Of a DNA stretch of 64,000 nt, positions 27,152 to 36,001 are shown one piece after another. The position numbers and the translations under genes are program-made. Source of the DNA: an uncultured Bacilli bacterium (GTDB taxonomy: Bacteria > Bacillota_I > Bacilli_A > RF39 > UBA660). A model generated the notes under the pieces. It saw only the letters and a program-made list of their open reading frames with translations, had not been told where the DNA came from and searched no databases. The stretch lies in contig CAJTZC010000001.1 in the NCBI GenBank assembly GCA_910583745.1, positions 34,746 to 98,745 of the forward strand, in the 5' to 3' direction. The first letter of the stretch is position 1. Every line of letters starts with the position of its first letter.

Positions 27152-27277
27152 TTATAAGTATATATTAAAGTTAATAAAAATACAAGGATTTATCTACAAT
27201 TAATTTTTTATTTCTCATTTTTGGCGACTTTCTGAGAAAAAAAGTGGGAGTCGTTTATGCTTCCCACTTAAGAATTT

Positions 27278-27601
27278 TTACTTTTTACTTTTCAGTTTTA
27301 CTGCTGTTCCGTAGGCGATGATTTCTGCTGCTCCTGCCATCACTGCAGAAGAACCATATCTTACGCCTATGATTGCATCGGCGCCTAAACTCTCCGCGTC
27401 GTCGACCATTCTCTTCGTCGCCATTTGTCTCGCTTGAGCAATCATCTCTGTATATCCTTTGATTTCTCCTCCTACGATGGTTTTCATTCCAGCCATAAAA
27501 TCGCGGCCTAAATTTTTGGATTGGACGATTTGTCCTTTTACTATTCCGAGGCTTTCTACGATTTCCTCTCCTGGTATATAATCAATACTTACTAGCTTCA
27601 T
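27278..27601 (-). CDS. YbjQ/UPF0145-family protein
   Basis: 107 aa. MKLVSIDYIPGEEIVESLGIVKG...GADAIIGVRY matches the YbjQ family. Confidence 0.7.
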   Translation of the reverse strand: MKLVSIDYIPGEEIVESLGIVKGQIVQSKNLGRDFMAGMKTIVGGEIKGYTEMIAQARQMATKRMVDDAESLGADAIIGVRYGSSAVMAGAAEIIAYGTAVKLKSKK

Positions 27602-28268
27602 CTTCTTCTCCTCCTAAAATTTCTAGTATTCTACTTATCAAGTTGTAGACAATTCCTATGATTGGCACTCCGAATGCCACCGCCAAAAACAAGAATATCG
27701 GCCAAGGCATTATATCGGCCTGTGTAAACATTGTAACTAAACAAAATACAAAGAATAGGCTGTATAATGCACTTGCTAAAACGGCTCCTACAATCTTTTT
27801 TGTCTTGTTCGATTTCGTATCTCTCAACGTAAATCCCTCTTTTCCTAACACGTTCATTTTTCTGTAGTATTTCTCTATAGAGATGGTATCGAATTCATCT
27901 TTTTCCTCGATTATCTCTACACACATACTCTTTATCGTCTCGTATTTTTCTTTCTCTCTTTCGATTTTTGCTAATTGGTCCTCTACACATGTACGAAGCG
28001 AGATTTTTTTTAAGGTAAGACTCTTTAAATCTTTAATCGGTACTCCTAAATCTCTTAGGAATTTTATCTTTTTGAGTGTAACGACTTCGTCATTCGAGTA
28101 GATACGATAGTCATTAGAACTATCTCTCTGTGGATTTAAAAGACCGTTTTTTTCGTAATAGCGAATGCTCTTTTTGGATAGACCTACGATGTGCTCGACT
28201 TCGTTTATTAGCACGACTTTTCCTCCTTCCATATACAATGATAGACTATACCCTTGGGGCAAGGTCAA
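27582..28268 (-). CDS. MerR-family transcriptional regulator with C-terminal membrane segment
   Basis: 228 aa. N-terminal MerR HTH (LINEVEHIVGLSKKSIRYYEKNGLL). Coiled linker. C-terminal two TM helices. Confidence 0.65.
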   Translation of the reverse strand: MTLPQGYSLSLYMEGGKVVLINEVEHIVGLSKKSIRYYEKNGLLNPQRDSSNDYRIYSNDEVVTLKKIKFLRDLGVPIKDLKSLTLKKISLRTCVEDQLAKIEREKEKYETIKSMCVEIIEEKDEFDTISIEKYYRKMNVLGKEGFTLRDTKSNKTKKIVGAVLASALYSLFFVFCLVTMFTQADIMPWPIFLFLAVAFGVPIIGIVYNLISRILEILGGEEDEASKY

Positions 28269-28286
28269 GTGTTTTTCAACTCTTTT

Positions 28287-29108
28287 TTATAAATCTTTGA
28301 TTTTTTTCGGTATGAAGTTATGGACGAATTTATATTTGTCGCGATTTTTGATGTAGAGGTAGCCAAAGATACTGAATACGGTCGCGCCGACGAAGTTTAC
28401 GAGTAAATCTTTCATCGTGTCGATAATTCCTATATCCAAGTAACCCTCTTCTATGCGTGTCTCTTTTGTCTCGCCATCCTTTCCCTTGCTGTAGATTATC
28501 GTATATTCTATATTGTCTACTTTAATCGGTACGTTCTTCTTTTCCTCGTTTAAGGTGACTGAACTGATTGCTGTGACGATACGGTCTTTTTGCATGTCGG
28601 TTCTAAAATAAATGTCGGCACTGAATTCGAAAAATTCCCAAAGTATGCCGATTGTCATCGAAAAGCAGAAAGCGACAATCGAAAGAAATAGAGGCGATAA
28701 ACTTATCAGTTTGCTATTTTTGTTTAAGAGGTCGAACAAGGCAAAGCCGACCCCTGCGGCTAAAAAGCCGTTCAACGTATGCAACATGGTATCCCAATAG
28801 GGAATCATTCCATAGAAGTTGTTTATCTCTCCCAATATCTCTGCTGCAAAGATGAAGAGCATGATGATGATTTCTAGTGCATTCGGCAAATCGATTTTGA
28901 ACTGTTTTTCTATGAAGAATGGAATCAGAAGTAAGATGAGTGACAGGACACACAACATCGCATTGTTGATATCTCCATGCACAAACTCTAAAACCATACA
29001 TAGTATCACGAGGGTTCGCAAAGTAAAATATAGCGCAATCGAACTCTTTTTCGATTCTCTTCCTATTCTCCTCAGTTCTTCGTGAAAATTTTTAATTTTT
29101 TTTCTCAT
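28287..29108 (-). CDS. Polytopic membrane protein, unknown function
   Basis: 273 aa, ~6 TM helices. Confidence 0.4.
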   Translation of the reverse strand: MRKKIKNFHEELRRIGRESKKSSIALYFTLRTLVILCMVLEFVHGDINNAMLCVLSLILLLIPFFIEKQFKIDLPNALEIIIMLFIFAAEILGEINNFYGMIPYWDTMLHTLNGFLAAGVGFALFDLLNKNSKLISLSPLFLSIVAFCFSMTIGILWEFFEFSADIYFRTDMQKDRIVTAISSVTLNEEKKNVPIKVDNIEYTIIYSKGKDGETKETRIEEGYLDIGIIDTMKDLLVNFVGATVFSIFGYLYIKNRDKYKFVHNFIPKKIKDL

Positions 29109-29438
29109 ATTTAAACTACTTTCTTTTAACGACTAGCGTTTTTTTGCGACAATGATTAAAGTCGTAGGACAGTTGGTCGTCTTTCTTTTATCCCAGTATG
29201 TACTTTTATAATCTCCGATGTGATTTTCTTCTATTGTTTCGTCTTCGATGAGTTCTCGATAAGGAAACCACATTTTACTGACGTGTTTATCAGGGTTGAA
29301 ATTTGAAATTATATTGAACCATAGGGACTTTGTTTTCTCCTTTTGTCTATTTTATCAAAAAAAACTTTTAAATACAATTTTTTTAGGAACTCTACGGAGA
29401 GTAGGAAGACTTATCGATAAAGTTGTCGTATACTTTCT

Positions 29439-30077
29439 TTGGAAAGGAGGATTTTTGTTATGAAATATTACTCGATTGTCATCTCGGCTGGTTATGTTCT
29501 TTTGAAGTTGCTTTTAAACAATTTGGAGGTTTCAGGCATTCTGTATGCATTCTTCACGTGTGCTTTTCTTATTTTTCATGCCGTTATTTTGATAAGGTAT
29601 AGGAAAATATTGAAGTACAAAGCCCTCTCTACCATCATCGCTTTCTTCTCTATTCTGGTTTCTACTGATATGATTGCACTTCTCTATACATTTTCGAACT
29701 TTATGTTATATGTAGGCATTTCTTTAATAGACGAAAAGCTGTATTTAAAAATCATCTCTTTTGTCACATGTGCCCTACTCATCGTCTGTCCCCTTTTCAT
29801 TCTTTTGCCAGTCTTTGTCGTTCTTCTCCGAAGTTCAAACGACGTCTATGAAGAAACACACTATTATTGCGAAGGACATTATGAAGTTTACGCGTATTCG
29901 GCAGGAGCGATGGATAAGTTTCACTACAGCATAGGAAAGCATTATGCATTCATCGATATCGATGGTATAATAAGAATAGTTTATCGCACTAGGAACGAGA
30001 AAACTCGGCAGGAGTACCAAGATTTTCTAGAGCGGCATGAGTGTTGGAAGGTCGGTGAGAACGATGGATTCAAATAA
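29439..30077 (+). CDS. Membrane protein, unknown function
   Basis: 212 aa. 4 N-terminal TM helices plus soluble C-terminal domain. GGA-rich RBS region upstream. Confidence 0.4.
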   Translation: MERRIFVMKYYSIVISAGYVLLKLLLNNLEVSGILYAFFTCAFLIFHAVILIRYRKILKYKALSTIIAFFSILVSTDMIALLYTFSNFMLYVGISLIDEKLYLKIISFVTCALLIVCPLFILLPVFVVLLRSSNDVYEETHYYCEGHYEVYAYSAGAMDKFHYSIGKHYAFIDIDGIIRIVYRTRNEKTRQEYQDFLERHECWKVGENDGFK

Positions 30078-30933
30078 AATTGGAAGTTTTATAAGGGAAA
30101 AACGCAAAGAAAAAGGCTTTACTCAGGAAGAGCTTGCAAATAGGCTTTTTGTCACGGAGAAAGCTGTATCGAAGTGGGAAACTGGGAGAGGTATCCCGGA
30201 TATCTCTTTATTGGTCCCCTTAGCCCAGGAACTCGGCGTGGAGGTTTCAGAAATACTCGGCGGGGAAGTAAAATCGGCTGAGGTCGAAAGAGTAATCGAA
30301 TACGCGAAGACCAATAAAAAGTTTAAATCTGATTGGAAATTTCTATTCTCTATCGTTTGTATTCTCTTATCGGTTCTCACTTTTTTGTCTTACTTAAGAT
30401 TCGAGTACGACCCAAGAATAGAAGTAAATTATTTTATAAGATTGGGTTTCTTAGTTGTTGCTTCTGTTTTGGTGTTCTTAGGAAACAAGATGTATAGCGA
30501 CCACTTTGTGGAGACTTTAGAAGACAAAAGAAGAACGGAACGGTTTTCTATGATGGTATTATTTCTTTACTATGTCGTCTTCTTATTCAACGTGGTCTTG
30601 TTTGCTAGATACGTCAATGTCTCGAGTTATAATCTCATCCCATTTGCAAGCATCATCGAAATCTTAAGGCAAGGCAATTTATATCAAATCGTAATAAATC
30701 TGTTTGGCAACTTCTTCGTCTTCATGCCATTAGAATTCTTTTTGTTCTATCTATTCGGTATGCAAAAGTGTTTTTTCCATTTCCTTCTATCTTTCTTTAT
30801 TCTCTTATCTATTGAAGTTGCTCAGTTTGTATTTCGGTTAGGCGTTTTTGATGTAGATGATATTTTTCTATCTCTTTTAGGAATGGTATGTCTCTATTTT
30901 GTGTTTGTAAAGAGAAAAAAGTCGTCGAAATGA
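30064..30933 (+). CDS. XRE-family HTH regulator fused to a VanZ-like membrane domain
   Basis: Preferred start MDSNKIGSFIREKRK at 30064 (GGTGAG 7 nt upstream). The ORF track's 30037 start is also possible. HTH: GFTQEELANRLFVTEKAVSKWETG. C-terminal 4 TM with VanZ-like EVAQFVFRLGVFDVDDIFLSLLG. Confidence 0.5.
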   Translation: MDSNKIGSFIREKRKEKGFTQEELANRLFVTEKAVSKWETGRGIPDISLLVPLAQELGVEVSEILGGEVKSAEVERVIEYAKTNKKFKSDWKFLFSIVCILLSVLTFLSYLRFEYDPRIEVNYFIRLGFLVVASVLVFLGNKMYSDHFVETLEDKRRTERFSMMVLFLYYVVFLFNVVLFARYVNVSSYNLIPFASIIEILRQGNLYQIVINLFGNFFVFMPLEFFLFYLFGMQKCFFHFLLSFFILLSIEVAQFVFRLGVFDVDDIFLSLLGMVCLYFVFVKRKKSSK

Positions 30934-30953
30934 ATCGATGACTTTTTTTACAA

Positions 30954-31912
30954 TTAAATACCTAAGTCTTTTTTCAATATCTCTATTTCTTTGATGTTCA
31001 ACATAAGATTCTCAATGATTGTCTCTAGAGGGGTTCCAGAGTCATAGAATTTCTTGGCAGCACTTATTTTATATTTTTGTTCTTCTCGCTTAGCTTCTTT
31101 GCGACCTTCTTTGCGACCTTTTGCGATTCCAATCGCCTCGCCCTCCAAACGACAATCGTTCTCCATCTCTTCTTGTATGGTGATTTCTCTTAGCTTTTCT
31201 CTATCGTAGATAAGGTATCTGTCTATATCACATTCTAAACCGTATAATTTCTCTTTCACTGCTTCCATCAACTCATCTCCTTCATATATCTCGTCTAACT
31301 CTTTGTGATTCGCATTCGCGAATATATAGAGCAATCTCTCTATGGAATGTTTTTCCTTCTCTTTAATCTCAGTATAAAACTTTTTTCCTAGATAGTCTAG
31401 ATTTACATCGATTATTTCTAATATATTGTGTATTCGTTCTAGATTTAACGCCTCTGCCCGGATATTACTTCGAGTAATAAACTCATCTTCTTTGTACACG
31501 GGCTTGCTGTTGAGATTGATTTGGTATATTTTTTCTATTTTCTTGTAGTCCTCTGGACTATTCACTTGTCTTAAAGCTAACTCGAACATATACAACGTAT
31601 TCTTGTTCAAGAGTGCTTTTCCAAGTGTCCAGTTCACTTAATCGATACAATCCCTACTCCCGTCTTTACTACTAAATCTGCGACACTGTCTACAGTATCT
31701 TTGGAAAGACCCAGTCTTATATCGAGATAACTGAATCCCTTTGCTACTTCTTCTACAGGCTTCTCGATAAGTGTAGCGATAAGTAAAATGAGATAGTCTT
31801 GGTGGCTCTCGTCGCTCAGCAACTTCGTAGCAAAAAAATCGTATTGATAACTTTCTTGGAGATAATTCCTCTTTTTTATTCTTTTTATTTTTGTTGGTAA
31901 AGTCATATGCAT
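30954..31912 (-). pseudogene. Rpn/YhgA-like PD-(D/E)XK nuclease (putative transposase), split by a frameshift into ORFs 31634-31912 and 30954-31637
   Basis: C-terminal region GEAIGIAKGRKEGRKEAKREEQ...AKKFYDSGTPLETIIENLMLNIKEIEIL matches the characteristic Rpn-family tail. Two ORFs abut with a 4-nt overlap in different frames. Confidence 0.45.
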
Positions 31913-31990
31913 TCTCCTTCTTTATTGACTTTCACCACCGATTTATTCTTTTTTGAAAAAACTCTCTTTTGTTTCCCTTTCTTCAGTTCC

Positions 31991-32176
31991 TCTACTATTA
32001 TTATTCCGAAAAAAATTTATTTTTCTCATTATTTCTTTCACTTTTTTTCGACGAGGAGAACGCCTGTTTTGTTTTTGGCCTTTTTTCGACAAATAGAGAA
32101 AAATGCCATTTTTAAAACATGCAAAAAGAGAAAATGTTTTGTTGTACATTTTCTCTTGGTTTTGCTAAAAATGAAT
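31991..32176. repeat. Intergenic repeat element, copy B (partner of 2178-2358)
   Basis: ~88% identity to copy A in the same orientation, including a perfect 10-bp stem agagaaaatg/cattttctct and aaaaatg/cattttt. Confidence 0.7.
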
Positions 32177-32198
32177 TATTGTTAAAAAGTCATCTCAT

Positions 32199-34583
32199 TT
32201 ATCTATTCGTAGTAATCTTTTTATGTAGTGAAATGAACCATTCCGTCACAGTCGTGACTACTTTAAAGACATGCTTTGCCAAGCCGACGAGTAATAGACA
32301 TATATATAAAGTCTGTAACGACAGAGACTCATTGAGGCTGAATAAATCTTTAAAGAGGAGTACACTTATCGTGATACCGATTGTACAAGTAATCCAAATG
32401 CATGTCTTGAAGATATCCATCGGTCTCGATATCGAATAGAGAACGATAAGTCCCACGATGCCTAGAAGAATCGTCGACGCGGTGGAGATTTCATCCATGT
32501 TTATGTCGAATAAGATTCCTGCAAGAACCATCATGATGACTAAAATCGTATTCGTCACCCCTCCTGGTAAAGCTTTTGCCATTATATTTCCGATGAAATT
32601 TCCTTTTATGAGTTCTGTATTTGGGATTTGTGAAAGGAGTAATCCAGGGATACCGATTGTGAACATAGAAATTAGAGAGATTTGTGACGGTTTGAGAGGA
32701 TATCTTAAAGCGAAGAAAATGGATAGAAGTGCTGTCGCCATCGAAAAGATGTTTTTTACCAGGAACAGACTTCCCGATCTTTGTAGATTGTTGACTACTT
32801 TTCTTCCCTCTCGTACTACCGAAGGCATCTTCGAAAAATCCGATTCCAAGAGCACGAGTTGGCTCGTCTGTACGGCTGCATCTGAACCTGAGGCCATGGC
32901 GATGGAACAATCGGCGTCCTTCAACGCCAAGACGTCGTTGACTCCATCTCCCGTCATCGCGACAGTATGTCCTGCTCTCTTTAAGGCTTGTACCAGTTTT
33001 CTCTTTTGTTCTGGAGTGACGCGACCGAATACGGTGTATTTTAATGCGGCTTCTTCTAATTCTTCGTCCGTTTTTATCGTACGCATATCTAAGTACTGGC
33101 TCGCATTTTTTATCTTCGCTTTTTCAGCAATTTTTGAGACTGTCAACGGGTTGTCGCCTGAGATGACTTTGATATCGACTCCTTGATTGTAAAAATATTC
33201 GAATGTCTCCACCGCTTTTTCTCTTATAGGATTTTCCAATACAATTAAAGAATAAGGCTCTACTTTCCCAGTCAATTCGTTTCCATCGGGAACCGAAGAG
33301 TATTTACCAAATGCCAGTACTCTATAGCCGACTTTATTGTATTCTTCTATTTTTTCTCTGAAGTTTTCATAGTTGGAAGGAAGGAGAATGTCTGGTGCTC
33401 CTAAGACCAACGAAATGTCTTCGAACTCGACTCCACTGTATTTATATTTCGAAGAAAATCCTGCGACAGAGCGTGCTTTTCTTCCTGTGTTATCTATAAA
33501 ATATTTTTTTATCGCTTCCATGGTGATGTTATCGTTGTTTTGTGCTGCTGCGAAGTCTCCAATTAAATTTGTCAATTTTTCTGCTTCGATTTTTTTATTC
33601 ACATGGTAGACGTCTACCACTTTCATCGTTCCATCTGTAATCGTTCCCGTCTTATCGACACATAAAGTATCTACTCTCGCGAGGGTTTCGATGGATTTCA
33701 TGTCGTGAAGGAGGACTTTTTCCGTGGCGAGTTTCATCGCACTGATGACGAGTGTGACACTTGCAAGAAGGAATAGACCTTCTGGTATCATCCCTAGAAT
33801 CGCGGCGACCATCGCTTCAATGCTTATCTTAGCACTTTCGCCTAAGACGAAAAATTGTTGGTAGAAGAGAATTGCTCCGACGGGGATGATTATAATTCCA
33901 ACGGTCTTAACTATCTTATTTAATGACCTTATGATTTCGGATTGTTCTCCTGTTTTGATGGCTTTGGCTTCCAAGGTCAACTTCGAAATATAGGAATCCT
34001 TTCCGACTTTTTCTAACTTTGCATAGCATTCTCCTGAGACGATAAAACTTCCTGACATCAAGGTGTCTCCGAGCGATTTGTGTATCTCATTTTCTTCCCC
34101 TGTCAAAAGCGATTCGTTTACGGCGACGTGGCCTTCTATCACTTTACAGTCCGCAGGAATTTGGTTCCCCGCTTTGAATATTACGACGTCGTCTTTTACG
34201 AGCTCGTTTACGGGAAGCTCTCTTTGTTCCCCATCTCGAAGAACCGTAGCACTCGGCGTATTCAGCATCGTCAAATTGTCGAGCACTTTTTTTGCTCTCA
34301 ATTCTTGGAAAATTCCTATCAAAGTGTTCGCCATAATGATAGGTAAAAATGTGAGTTCTTTGAATGAACCTACGACGATTAGCATTATCGTGATAATCAA
34401 AAAAACCAGGTTAAAATAAGTGCAGACGTTTGAAGTTATTATCTGTTTTGTCGTCTTAGATGGTGGATTGACTGCGACGTTTACTTGACCGTTTGCTATT
34501 CTTTCTCTAACCTCTTGCGAGGTCAAGCCTGTCAATTTCTCTTTTTCATTTATCAATGTTTCTTCTTTTTCTTCTTCTGTCAT
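32199..34583 (-). CDS. P-type cation-transporting ATPase (P2-type, Ca2+/Mg2+-like)
   Basis: 794 aa. Phosphorylation motif CVDKTGTITDG. Hinge GDGVNDVLALKDADCSIAM. PAD-type segment NQIPADCKVIEG. ~8-10 TM. Confidence 0.85.
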   Translation of the reverse strand: MTEEEKEETLINEKEKLTGLTSQEVRERIANGQVNVAVNPPSKTTKQIITSNVCTYFNLVFLIITIMLIVVGSFKELTFLPIIMANTLIGIFQELRAKKVLDNLTMLNTPSATVLRDGEQRELPVNELVKDDVVIFKAGNQIPADCKVIEGHVAVNESLLTGEENEIHKSLGDTLMSGSFIVSGECYAKLEKVGKDSYISKLTLEAKAIKTGEQSEIIRSLNKIVKTVGIIIIPVGAILFYQQFFVLGESAKISIEAMVAAILGMIPEGLFLLASVTLVISAMKLATEKVLLHDMKSIETLARVDTLCVDKTGTITDGTMKVVDVYHVNKKIEAEKLTNLIGDFAAAQNNDNITMEAIKKYFIDNTGRKARSVAGFSSKYKYSGVEFEDISLVLGAPDILLPSNYENFREKIEEYNKVGYRVLAFGKYSSVPDGNELTGKVEPYSLIVLENPIREKAVETFEYFYNQGVDIKVISGDNPLTVSKIAEKAKIKNASQYLDMRTIKTDEELEEAALKYTVFGRVTPEQKRKLVQALKRAGHTVAMTGDGVNDVLALKDADCSIAMASGSDAAVQTSQLVLLESDFSKMPSVVREGRKVVNNLQRSGSLFLVKNIFSMATALLSIFFALRYPLKPSQISLISMFTIGIPGLLLSQIPNTELIKGNFIGNIMAKALPGGVTNTILVIMMVLAGILFDINMDEISTASTILLGIVGLIVLYSISRPMDIFKTCIWITCTIGITISVLLFKDLFSLNESLSLQTLYICLLLVGLAKHVFKVVTTVTEWFISLHKKITTNR

Positions 34584-34730
34584 TTTCTTTACTCCTATAA
34601 TCTGTCATATAATAATTAAAAGAATGACGACTCGCCTTAATTATAGTTCGAGTCGTCATTCTTTGTCAAACATTTTTGTAGAAGAATTTACAGTCAATTT
34701 TTCAGTTGTTGACTATTTTTTTGAGTTCTT

Positions 34731-34922
34731 CTAACATTTCATTTTTTTCGTCTTGTGAGAAATATCCATCGTAATCCCAAGTAAATTTCCTTTTTTGAAA
34801 AGCAACAAGGCTGGAAGGTCTTGTATTCTATATTTATCTATCGCTTCTTTACTTTCACATTTGTAGTACAGCGTATCGCTCGGTAAATCGCGTGTCAATT
34901 CTTTGATTGGAATCGATTTCAA
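34731..34922 (-). CDS. Thioredoxin-fold remnant lacking the CxxC active site
   Basis: In-frame upstream extension (no ATG) reads ...LIEIYNLEYAECLLKSIP...KYRIQDLPALLLFKKG. This aligns to the thioredoxin VDFWAEWCGPC...KYGIRSIPTLLLFKNG pattern, with the first Cys lost. Confidence 0.25.
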   Translation of the reverse strand: MKSIPIKELTRDLPSDTLYYKCESKEAIDKYRIQDLPALLLFKKGNLLGITMDISHKTKKMKC

Positions 34923-35091
34923 AAGACATTCTGCGTATTCTAGATTGTAAATCTCTATGAGAGTTAGATTTTCATTTGTCGCTTTTTGTTCGATTTCTTC
35001 GATATCGATTTGGAAAAATTCTGAAATAGAGGCTGCCCCTATATCTATCGATAAATAAATCTTTGGTCGTCCAATCTTTTAAAAGATTTAC

Positions 35092-35706
35092 TTAGATGAT
35101 ATAGGAAGGATCTTTAAATCGTTTGGGTATTCCATTATATATCATCAAGGAAACTGGGATGTTTGCACTTTGCATGTTACGCTCTAAAGCTTCCTTACAC
35201 CTCGCGATGACTTTTTCAATTTTTACTAATTGTTCTACGCTTTCACACTTTACTTGATCATAGGCAAATTCGAAGGCTATACATTTTGCTCGGCACATCG
35301 TTTCGTCTCTCGGGGTCCCGTAGAAAATGATGTCTCCCTCTTCGAATAGAACCCTATCAAAAGTACTTTTGAAGAATTCTGGTGAGATGTCGTCCTGACT
35401 ATTGAGAGTTTCGAGTTCTTCGTCTGTCAAAGCTTCAATGTGATAGTTATTTCTTACATATATATAAGGATTTTGAAGCATCGAGTGAGCACGGTAGAAG
35501 TTGGCAGCAGCGTCGTCGATGACGGGTATCGTCGTCGATGCCGACTGTATAATCGCTTGCAACTCGTCAATTTTTAAAATCGGAAAAAGAAGACGTTCAA
35601 ACTGTTGTTTGTATTTGATTTGCAGTTCAGTAAATCTCTCTATCGTACCAAATCTCAGTAAAATCGATTGGAAATTGAACGTGTTCGGTAAATATTTATA
35701 TTCCAT
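35092..35706 (-). CDS. Hypothetical cytoplasmic protein; candidate immunity protein for the upstream giant toxin-like protein
   Basis: 204 aa, no signal peptide or TM. Second gene downstream of 36002-44758. Confidence 0.4.
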   Translation of the reverse strand: MEYKYLPNTFNFQSILLRFGTIERFTELQIKYKQQFERLLFPILKIDELQAIIQSASTTIPVIDDAAANFYRAHSMLQNPYIYVRNNYHIEALTDEELETLNSQDDISPEFFKSTFDRVLFEEGDIIFYGTPRDETMCRAKCIAFEFAYDQVKCESVEQLVKIEKVIARCKEALERNMQSANIPVSLMIYNGIPKRFKDPSYII

Positions 35707-35721
35707 AAGTTCTCCTTCTTT

Positions 35722-35991
35722 CTATTTTTCACCCATCGTCACGTAGACATCGTTTGTCTCTTTGAACGCTTCCGGAGCCGTGAGGTCCATGTATGCGTCT
35801 TTTATGCTTTCTTCAGGTACTCCTAAATAATAGAGAATTCCTATCGCCGTGTCGACATCTAGCATGAAGAAGACGTTGTTGTTCTCTAGAATTGCACGTA
35901 GATTTTCTACCTTCTCTTTGTCTTCTTCTCCTAGTTCCCCTTGTACTTTTTTCTTTAAAAGTACTCTGATGTAATTTATGTCGTACTTCAT
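35722..35991 (-). CDS. Small hypothetical protein (89 aa); candidate immunity/cognate partner
   Basis: Starts 11 nt after the stop of the giant gene. Helical, acidic. Confidence 0.4.
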   Translation of the reverse strand: MKYDINYIRVLLKKKVQGELGEEDKEKVENLRAILENNNVFFMLDVDTAIGILYYLGVPEESIKDAYMDLTAPEAFKETNDVYVTMGEK

Positions 35992-36001
35992 TCGTCCCCT
36001 C

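Noticed and set aside
29165-29305. Minus-strand 46-codon ORF (MWFPYRELIEDETIEENHIGDYKSTYWDKRK...) in the 29108-29439 intergenic region
   Set aside because: No RBS, no in-frame upstream start. Probably a remnant of a decayed gene. Too short and featureless to call.
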